Shown in pieces: positions 57,282 to 64,000 of a DNA stretch of 64,000 bases. Source of the stretch: Alphaproteobacteria bacterium (GTDB taxonomy: Bacteria; Pseudomonadota; Alphaproteobacteria; SHVP01); NCBI GenBank assembly GCA_038116985.1, contig JAYOEZ010000001.1, positions 12,766 to 76,765 of the forward strand, in the 5' to 3' direction. Position 1 is the stretch's first letter; every line of letters begins with the position of its first letter. The position numbers and the translations under genes are program-made. The notes beneath the pieces are model-generated. The model made no database searches. It was given only the letters and a program-made list of their open reading frames with translations, and was not told the DNA's origin.

Positions 57282-57319
57282 ACTTTCTGCAGGTTGCCGG
57301 TGGAAGTTTGGTTTCAGGT

Positions 57320-57346
57320 GTCGCGCCGTGGTCACATCGGCGCGAC
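57320..57346 (+). terminator. hairpin between the two DUF1127 genes (possible weak terminator or attenuator)
   Basis: Perfect 8-bp stem GTCGCGCC / GGCGCGAC with an 11-nt loop, followed only by TTCT. A second 6-bp hairpin GAGCGG...CCGCTC follows. Confidence 0.3.
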
Positions 57347-57422
57347 TTCTGGAGCGGCACCATTGAAACCGCTCTCGGCATCCCAAAATCCCAGCAAAGA
57401 GAATGATGGGACGAGGGAACAG

Positions 57423-57674
57423 ATGACACATGTGCCGGCAAGTGTAGCGCGCAAGACCGTGGCCGATGGCGCGCTTCGCATATTTGCATTGCCGCTGTGC
57501 CTGCTCCGCGCGAGCAGGCGGCGGTTTCGCGCCTATTTGGCGTTTTCCAGAATCGACAACCACACACTCGACGACCTTGGCTTGCGCCGCACGATTTTCA
57601 CGGCGGCGCCGACAAGCGACAACATGGGCGGGTTCACTGGTTCGGTGCGCTACTCCGATATTGGCTGCCGCTAG
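57423..57674 (+). CDS. DUF1127-domain small protein
   Basis: In-frame ATG 57423 of track ORF 57294..57674 (MTHVPASVARK...). The motif is RFRAYLAFSRIDNHTLDDLGLRR. Confidence 0.6.
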   Translation: MTHVPASVARKTVADGALRIFALPLCLLRASRRRFRAYLAFSRIDNHTLDDLGLRRTIFTAAPTSDNMGGFTGSVRYSDIGCR

Positions 57675-58534
57675 CGGCGGCGTAGCGTCAGCGTGACCCA
57701 CTCACCGAGCGCCAGGACGTTGTCCGGCACAAATCCGGCGTGGCGGTAGGCAGTGAGGACCGGCCGCGCCTGTCGGTCGAGAATACCGGAGAGAATGATG
57801 TTGCTACGCGGCGCAGCATGCTGCGTGATCTGCTGCGCGAGAGCGATGAGCGGGCGTGCAACGATGTTGGCGACGATCAGGTCATAGGGTCTGCGTGCGA
57901 CGATGTCGCGACCAGTCATTCCTTCGGCGTGAACGCAGCGCACGAGGGGTGAGACCTCGTTGTCGCGCGCGACGCTCCGCGCAATCTTCACCGCGACCGG
58001 GTCGTTGTCGCTGGCCAGTACGGGACGATGCCAGAGTTTGGCCGCCGCGACGGCAAGAATCCCGGTGCCGGTACCGATATCGAGAATGCGCACGGGGGCT
58101 GCTCGACGCGCAAGTCGGTCGAGCGCGAGCAGGCACCCTCTCGTCGATCCGTGGTGTCCGGTGCCGAAGGCTGCTGTGCCGTCGACCCGAAGCGCGATCG
58201 TCCCGGCCGGCGGTGATATCGCAACGTGACTGCCAGAGACCCAGAATCGGCCTGCCCGAATCGGTGGCATGTCCTCCTGAACCTTCACGACCCAGTCGAC
58301 CTCATCGACCGGTGCCGGCGGCTCGTACGCGTCGTCGTCGTTCAGGTGGTCTTCGAATCCAAGCAGCGCGTCCGAATCGGGCGGACCGTCGGTAAGGACG
58401 GCAATCCGCCAATCTGTGCCATCTTCGAAGCTCGAGACGGCGAGCATACCGTCGCCGAAGGCCGCTTCCAGAAGGGCTTCCAGGATCGGTCGACGCGTGG
58501 CCGTCGTTCCGACCGAAAACTGCCAGGTTGTCAG
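57671..58534 (-). CDS. prmA: ribosomal protein L11 methyltransferase, probable CTG start
   Basis: DIGTGTGILA and the PrmA body are present. The conserved N-terminal domain (TTWQFSV...ILEALLEAAFGDG) lies upstream of the first ATG (58447), in a frame that has no ATG/GTG/TTG. CTG 58534 is preceded by GGAG at an 8-nt spacing. Confidence 0.8.
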   Translation of the reverse strand: MTTWQFSVGTTATRRPILEALLEAAFGDGMLAVSSFEDGTDWRIAVLTDGPPDSDALLGFEDHLNDDDAYEPPAPVDEVDWVVKVQEDMPPIRAGRFWVSGSHVAISPPAGTIALRVDGTAAFGTGHHGSTRGCLLALDRLARRAAPVRILDIGTGTGILAVAAAKLWHRPVLASDNDPVAVKIARSVARDNEVSPLVRCVHAEGMTGRDIVARRPYDLIVANIVARPLIALAQQITQHAAPRSNIILSGILDRQARPVLTAYRHAGFVPDNVLALGEWVTLTLRRR

Positions 58535-58548
58535 GGTTTGTGCTCCGA

Positions 58549-60891
58549 TTAGGCGGGGCGAACGAACGAATCGATGACCTTCTTGTGACCCGCCTTGTCG
58601 AATGCGATTTCCAGGCGGTTACCGTCGACGGACTCGATGTGGCCGTAGCCGAACTTCTGGTGGAAGACCCTGTCGCCTTTCGCATAGTTGCCGCTGGGGC
58701 GCTCATCGAAGTCAACGAGTTCGGCGCGGGCCTCGATCAGTTGTCCGTCACGCGTGACGCCGCGGTTGCGCCGCATCCGGCGCCGGCCTGGGCTGTCCCA
58801 CGGTTTCTCCACGGGTTCGGCAAAACCGTCGTCGTGTTTTCCATAGGAGGGTTGTCCCCAGACCGAGGCTTCGGCTGCGATCTCGACGTTTTCCAACGGG
58901 AGTTCGTCGATGAAGCGCGATGGGATGGCGCTTTGCCACTCGGCGAACGTCCGACGGCTCTGCGCAAACGAGATTCGCAGGGACTTGCGGGCCCGTGTCA
59001 TTCCGACGTGGGCGAGACGGCGTTCCTCCTCGAGTGCTTCCGTGCCGCCTTCGTCGAGGGAACGCTGATTCGGGAACAAACCTTCTTCCCAGCCCGGCAG
59101 GAATACCGTGTCGAACTCCAGCCCCTTGGCGGCGTGCAGCGTCATGATGTTGACCATGTCGCCGTCGTTGGCGTTGTCGTGGTCCATGACCAGACTGACG
59201 TGATCGAGGAATGCCGTGAGACTCTCGTACTCGCCGACCGTGTGGACGAGTTCGCGCAGGTTGTCGAGGCGGCCGGGGGCGTCGATCGACTTGTCCTTCT
59301 GCCACATTTCCGTGTAGCCGGATTCGTCCAGAATGGTTTCGAGCAATTCGGGTAGAGGCATCTGATCCTTCATCGCGCGCCATCGCGCAAAGGACTCGAG
59401 AAGATTGCCGAGCGAGGTGCGGGCCTGGGCGCGCAACTCGTCTGTACCCATAAGCTCCTGCGCGGCCTGAAGGAGGGCCGTCTGGCTGACGCGGGCGAGG
59501 CGATGCATGGCTTGCAGCGTGACTTCTCCGAGCCCACGCTTGGGCACATTGACGATGCGCTCGAATGCGATCCCGTCCTCGGGTTGCGAGACAACGCGCA
59601 TGTACGCGATGGCGTCGCGAATCTCGCGCCGTTCATAGAAGCGTGGGCCGCCGATAACGCGATAGGGCACGCCGATCGTCAGGAAGCGATCTTCGAATTC
59701 GCGCGTCTGATAGCCCGCACGAACGAGAATTGCGATCTCGTCGAGCCGGTGCCCCTTGCGTTGCAGATCTTCGACGTCTTCGGCTATGGAGCGCGCTTCG
59801 TCCTCACCGTCCCAGAAACCGCGCACCCTGACCTTCTCGCCATCTGCCTCGTCGGTCCACAGCGTCTTGCCCAATCGGCCCTGGTTATGCGCGATCAGCG
59901 CCGAGGCAGCGGCGAGGATGTGCGGCGTCGAGCGGTAGTTTCGTTCCAGCCGGATGGTCGTGGCGCCTGGAAAGTCCTTCTCGTAGCGCAGGATGTTGCC
60001 GACCTCTGCGCCGCGCCAACCATAGATGGACTGATCGTCGTCGCCGACGCAGCAGATGTTCTTCTGGCCCTGAGCCAGAAGACGGAGCCACAGGTATTGT
60101 GAGACGTTGGTGTCCTGGTATTCGTCCACCAGGATGTACTTGAACCGCTGGTGGTAGATGTCGAGCACGTCTTGGTGCTCCCGGAAGATCGTCAGGCAGT
60201 GCAACAGCAGGTCGCCGAAGTCCGCCGCATTCTGCGTCAAGAGGCGCTGTTGATACTCGCGGTAGAGAGCGGCGGTCTTGCCCATGGCGAACTCGCCCGC
60301 GTCCTCCGCCTGTGCCTGTTCCCAGGTGACGCCGCGATCCTTCCAGCGATCGATGATGGATCCGAGTACCCGCGCCGGCCAGCGCTTCTCGTCGATGTTC
60401 TCGGCCTGCAGTAGTTGCTTGAGGACGCGCAGCTGGTCGTCGCGGTCAATGATGGTGAAGTTGTTCTTGAGGCCCACCAGTTCGGCGTGTTGGCGCAGGA
60501 TGCGCACGCCGATGGAATGGAAGGTGCCGAGCCAGATGCCCTCGACCGCGCCGCCCATCAGGCTTGCTACCCGGTGGTGCATTTCGCGCGCCGCCTTGTT
60601 GGTGAAGGTAACGGCGAGAATCTCCCACGGCTTGGCCATGCGCAGGTGCAGGATGTGGGCAATCCGTGTGACCAGGACCCGAGTCTTGCCGGTGCCTGCG
60701 CCGGCAAGCACCAGCACCGGCCCCTCAGTTGTCTCAACCGCCTCACGTTGGCTTTCGTTGAGGGTCTTGAGGTAGGGCGGTTCGGCCGGCTGGGCGGCGG
60801 CCGCTATGGCGCGCGCGGCGATTCCGCCCGGCTTGGGGGTGGACGCCGGTTCGTCGAAGGGGATGTCGTCAAGATCGAATGGATCGGGCAT
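58549..60891 (-). CDS. uvrD: UvrD/PcrA/Rep-family ATP-dependent DNA helicase
   Basis: LNESQREAV...VLAGAGTGKTRVL, DEYQDTN, and the other SF1 helicase motifs. ATG 60891 is preferred over the TTG at 60948 used by the track. Confidence 0.85.
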   Translation of the reverse strand: MPDPFDLDDIPFDEPASTPKPGGIAARAIAAAAQPAEPPYLKTLNESQREAVETTEGPVLVLAGAGTGKTRVLVTRIAHILHLRMAKPWEILAVTFTNKAAREMHHRVASLMGGAVEGIWLGTFHSIGVRILRQHAELVGLKNNFTIIDRDDQLRVLKQLLQAENIDEKRWPARVLGSIIDRWKDRGVTWEQAQAEDAGEFAMGKTAALYREYQQRLLTQNAADFGDLLLHCLTIFREHQDVLDIYHQRFKYILVDEYQDTNVSQYLWLRLLAQGQKNICCVGDDDQSIYGWRGAEVGNILRYEKDFPGATTIRLERNYRSTPHILAAASALIAHNQGRLGKTLWTDEADGEKVRVRGFWDGEDEARSIAEDVEDLQRKGHRLDEIAILVRAGYQTREFEDRFLTIGVPYRVIGGPRFYERREIRDAIAYMRVVSQPEDGIAFERIVNVPKRGLGEVTLQAMHRLARVSQTALLQAAQELMGTDELRAQARTSLGNLLESFARWRAMKDQMPLPELLETILDESGYTEMWQKDKSIDAPGRLDNLRELVHTVGEYESLTAFLDHVSLVMDHDNANDGDMVNIMTLHAAKGLEFDTVFLPGWEEGLFPNQRSLDEGGTEALEEERRLAHVGMTRARKSLRISFAQSRRTFAEWQSAIPSRFIDELPLENVEIAAEASVWGQPSYGKHDDGFAEPVEKPWDSPGRRRMRRNRGVTRDGQLIEARAELVDFDERPSGNYAKGDRVFHQKFGYGHIESVDGNRLEIAFDKAGHKKVIDSFVRPA

Positions 60892-60973
60892 CGGACGGAC
60901 GCTTATACCATATCTAGCGCCTGTCGCTGCCACCGCCGGGGTGACCAACGCTGGCGAAATGCAGGCACCCAGC

Positions 60974-62761
60974 CTACGGCCGGTGGTGGTGCTCGTCGTG
61001 CTCCTCTGCCCGGGCGCGAAGCAGGGCCTGGTTGTAGGCGATCAGCGCGGTCTTGTGGTGCAAGATGCCGACGACAATGCGGCTTTCACGGTCATTGACC
61101 ACAGGCAAACTGTCTTCGTGGTGCCGTTCCATAAGATGCAGGGCGTCTTCGAGGTCGTCGCCGGCACACAAGACGGGCGGATTCAGGCGGGCGATATCTC
61201 GGGCGTTGATCAACTGATCCAGCTCATCGTCGAGTGTGATCCCTCGCAGCGAGGCGAAAGTCAGCGATCCCACGAGGCGGCCGTCGGCATTGATCACAAA
61301 GAAGTCGCCATAGGCCGCATTCTCCATGATGTCGCGGATGTCGCGGGCATGCGCGTCTTCCTGGATCGTTTCGAACTCTTCGGTCATGAGATCGCCGACA
61401 TGGGTCGCGGTGAGGAGTTGCTCAATGCGTCCGGCGCGAATAACGACGCCGCGGCGCTTGAGTTGCCCAAAAAACAGAGACCGACCGACCACCTGCTGGG
61501 AGATCACGGTGGAAATGGTGACGGCAATCATCGCCGCGATCACGACTTCGAACTCGCCGGTCAGCTCGAAAACGATCAACATGGTTGAGATCGGTGCGCC
61601 GATCACCGGCGCGGCGACGGCTCCCATCCCGATGATGGCGTAGAAGCCGGGCGACGCCGCCAAGTCGGGAAAGATGCTGCCGGCGATCGTCCCGAAGGCG
61701 CCACCCACCATCGCGCCGACGAACAGCGAGGGCGAGAACACGCCACCCCCGAATCGGCTGCCGATCGAGATGGCGGTCGCTGCCGTCTTGGCCACGATCA
61801 GAACCAGCATCAGGGATAGCGGTAACGCGGCCTTCAGCGCCGCGTCCGTCGCGGCATATCCGACACCCAGAACATGGGGCAGGAAGATCGCGATGGCACC
61901 CACGACAAGGCCGCCGACGGCGGGCCGGGTCCACACCGGCAGCGCGATCCGATTGATTACATCCTCGGTGACGAAAATGGCGCGCACGAACAGGATCGAG
62001 GCGATTGCGCATACCAACCCCAGAAGGATGAATGCAGGAAACTCGAAGAACGACGCAAAGTCGTAACTCGGAATGATGAAGGCGGGGAACGCGCCGAAGT
62101 GAATGCGCGAGATCACCGTGCCCGCGACGGCAGCAATGACGATTGGGGCGAATGTGTGCAGCGCGTAGTGACCGATCACGACTTCCAGAGCAAAGAAGAC
62201 GCCGGCAATTGGTGCGTTGAAAGAAGCGCCGATTGCAGAGGCGAGTCCGCAGCCAAGCAGTGTCAGGGCCATAGAGGGGTTGAGGTGAAGCCGCTGCGCA
62301 ACCCACGAGGCAAGTCCTGCGCCGAGATGGATGACCGGTCCCTCACGGCCCACCGATGCGCCGACGCCGATCGAACTCAGCGACAGCGCCGCTGCCTTGA
62401 CCGTGGTGGCCGGGTTCATTCGGCCCCCGTGACGCGCGCCGGCCTCGATCACGTCGGCAACGCCGCAGGAGCGCTGTTCGGGCATCAGGTGATGTACGAA
62501 CAGCCCGATTGCGAGGCCGCCCGCCGTAGGAATGAGCAGAATCTGCCACCACGGCAGCTCGGCTATGAAGTGAATCCCGTCGTGCAGCGCGAAACCGAAG
62601 GTCTGTTGCTGAATGAGTTCGATGCCGACCCGAAATCCCAGAGCGCCGTAAGCTATCCCCACGCCGATGATTAGCGCGAGGATCGAAAGTTTGACTTGAT
62701 CGTTCTTCCGGAACTGTCGCCAGCGGGCGCGAAACAGTGAGATCGCTTCGCGCACTTGCAT
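60974..62761 (-). CDS. ClC-family chloride channel / H+-Cl- antiporter with C-terminal CBS pair
   Basis: GREGP, GIGASFNAPIAG (the GxFxP selectivity-filter position reads GVFFA) and GGVFSPSL motifs, followed by two CBS-like repeats. Confidence 0.85.
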   Translation of the reverse strand: MQVREAISLFRARWRQFRKNDQVKLSILALIIGVGIAYGALGFRVGIELIQQQTFGFALHDGIHFIAELPWWQILLIPTAGGLAIGLFVHHLMPEQRSCGVADVIEAGARHGGRMNPATTVKAAALSLSSIGVGASVGREGPVIHLGAGLASWVAQRLHLNPSMALTLLGCGLASAIGASFNAPIAGVFFALEVVIGHYALHTFAPIVIAAVAGTVISRIHFGAFPAFIIPSYDFASFFEFPAFILLGLVCAIASILFVRAIFVTEDVINRIALPVWTRPAVGGLVVGAIAIFLPHVLGVGYAATDAALKAALPLSLMLVLIVAKTAATAISIGSRFGGGVFSPSLFVGAMVGGAFGTIAGSIFPDLAASPGFYAIIGMGAVAAPVIGAPISTMLIVFELTGEFEVVIAAMIAVTISTVISQQVVGRSLFFGQLKRRGVVIRAGRIEQLLTATHVGDLMTEEFETIQEDAHARDIRDIMENAAYGDFFVINADGRLVGSLTFASLRGITLDDELDQLINARDIARLNPPVLCAGDDLEDALHLMERHHEDSLPVVNDRESRIVVGILHHKTALIAYNQALLRARAEEHDEHHHRP

Positions 62762-62782
62762 AGGCTTACCGGCGGGTCGCGG

Positions 62783-63310
62783 CTACTTGCACAGCCCGAC
62801 CGAGCCGTCTGCGCAAATCGTCTCGCCGTCGATCCACGTCGCGCCCGAGAGATCCGCGAATAACAAATCCGCACCGTCGAGACGTGCGCCTGCCAGATTC
62901 GCCCCCTTCAGATTTGCCTGGAAGAACTGGGCGCGGCGCAGGTCCGCATTGCGGAAAGAGGCACCGATCAGGTTGGCCTTGGTGAAGTCCGCACCAAGCG
63001 CATTGGTGTTGCTGAAGTCGGCGTTGGCGGCCTCAACCGTCACGAACTTCGCGCCGCCGATGTCGGCACCCGAGAAGATCGCGTTGTTGAGCGTTGCGCG
63101 AAGAAACCTGGCGCCGCTCAGCATACCACCGCTGACATCTATGCCGCTCAGGTCCCGGCGCGACATGTCGCACCGCCGCCAGTTTACGTTGGGCCGTGCG
63201 GGGTCGATGCAGGACGCCTCGGCCGGTGTGGCAACGAAGGGCGCTGGCAGGAATGCGACCCCGGCGAGCAGGCTCGCAATCGCTAGTCTGAGGATGAATC
63301 GCCCCATCAC
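62783..63310 (-). CDS. secreted pentapeptide-repeat protein
   Basis: Signal peptide followed by a run of A(D/N)LxG-type pentapeptides (ADLRRAQFFQANLKGANLAGARLDGADLLFADLSGA). Confidence 0.8.
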   Translation of the reverse strand: MMGRFILRLAIASLLAGVAFLPAPFVATPAEASCIDPARPNVNWRRCDMSRRDLSGIDVSGGMLSGARFLRATLNNAIFSGADIGGAKFVTVEAANADFSNTNALGADFTKANLIGASFRNADLRRAQFFQANLKGANLAGARLDGADLLFADLSGATWIDGETICADGSVGLCK

Positions 63311-63792
63311 TTGCGCCGAATGCCGATGATCGTGCCGGCGTATTCTGGCGGCGGGAGATTCTTCTGCGATTCCTGGACCTGGCGGAACACGGCCTGGAGG
63401 TCTTCCGGGAACGGCGCTGAGCGGCGCTCGCCGAGATTGATGTGCATCGTCAGCATTTCATACGTCGCCGACAGGTAGTCCTGTTCAGCATGGAACATCT
63501 CCATGTAGAAATGCAGTCGTTTGGCGTCCCAGTCCAGCAGCCGGGCGGTGAACAACAGGGGGTCGTCGAGACGAACCTCGCGCAGCCAGTGCACGTGCCC
63601 TTCGAGCGAGAAGGTGGTGTGATTGGTACGGTTCATATAGGGCTCGCCGATGCCCATTCGCTCATAGAGCACGTCCAGCGCCAGATCGAAGGCGAGCACG
63701 TAATAGGCCACATTCATGTGGCCGTTGTAGTCGATCCATTCTTTGCGGACGCGTCCGAAATCGGGGACGACGAGGGGGGCTTCGAACTCCAT
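63307..63792 (-). CDS. hotdog-fold (4HBT/YbgC-like) acyl-CoA thioesterase
   Basis: 161-aa ORF. The VRKEWIDYNGHMNVAYY pattern is typical of 4HBT-type thioesterases. Confidence 0.65.
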   Translation of the reverse strand: MEFEAPLVVPDFGRVRKEWIDYNGHMNVAYYVLAFDLALDVLYERMGIGEPYMNRTNHTTFSLEGHVHWLREVRLDDPLLFTARLLDWDAKRLHFYMEMFHAEQDYLSATYEMLTMHINLGERRSAPFPEDLQAVFRQVQESQKNLPPPEYAGTIIGIRRK

Positions 63793-63878
63793 GGGGGAGC
63801 GATCATAGTCACCGCCCTTGGGGCTGTGAACCGCCGTTGCAGCCCGCTAGACTGTATTCGACTCCAGAGAGGTCACGA

Positions 63879-64000
63879 ATGCTCGAAGCGCCAGCCAGAA
63901 CCACCCGGCCGGAGGATTTCGTTGCGGCTTTTGCCGAACTCGAATCGGTGCTGGGCGACCGCTTCTCGACGTCCGATGCTGTTCGTGAGCATCACGGGCG
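63879..64000 (+). CDS. 5' end of an FAD-linked oxidase (GlcD / D-lactate-dehydrogenase-like), cut by window edge
   Basis: ATG 63879. MLEAPARTTRPEDFVAAFAELESVLGDRFSTSDAVREHHG resembles the N-terminal leader of FAD-binding-4 oxidases. Only 40 codons are visible. Confidence 0.4.
   Translation, partial: MLEAPARTTRPEDFVAAFAELESVLGDRFSTSDAVREHHG

Noticed and set aside
57282-57422. CcsR/cuckoo-type sRNA repeats downstream of the DUF1127 gene
   Set aside because: The two hairpins present have loops GTGGTCACATC and CACCATTGAAA. The characteristic CCUCCUCCC anti-SD loops are absent.

Overview
GC-rich chromosomal segment that looks alphaproteobacterial (inference from gene content). A type-A RNase P RNA sits next to a complete dcw cluster: mraZ-rsmH-ftsL-ftsI-murE-murF-mraY-murD-ftsW-murG-murC-murB-ddl-ftsQ-ftsA-ftsZ, with a long-linker FtsZ. 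This is followed by lpxC, bamD, recN and ligA. Elsewhere there is an ArsR/methyltransferase regulator coupled to metF and a two-piece metH, plus ettA, mlaA-mlaC, prmA, a UvrD-type helicase and a ClC channel. About 60 protein genes are packed almost without spacers, and many are joined by ATGA/GTGA start-stop overlaps. The left third (0.8-25.7 kb) looks more accessory and holds several paralogous sets: two alpha/beta-fold proteins, three tandem SDRs, two lysophospholipase-like hydrolases around a PrpD-like gene, and a fused oxoprolinase. Further right are two tandem EamA transporters and two DUF1127 mini-proteins. I found no transposase, integrase, CRISPR array, tRNA/rRNA, prophage or recognisable defence or toxin-antitoxin system, so no large novel system is supported. 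The unusual signals are small-scale: three perfect 19-bp direct repeats, each followed by a different hairpin (591-788); an alpha/beta-fold pair lacking canonical catalytic residues; a GAAC-N7-GAAC LexA-type box between rnpB and mraZ; a prmA whose conserved N-terminus has no ATG/GTG/TTG start (probable CTG start with a good SD); a consensus-like promoter abutting the start codon of the regulator-metF-metH operon; a mini-uORF in front of ftsZ; phased GTRAC repeats upstream of lpxC; and CTAG stop-stop overlaps at 4 of the 8 convergent gene junctions. Most other long ORFs in the six-frame track are high-GC artefacts lying antisense or out of frame to the genes listed here.
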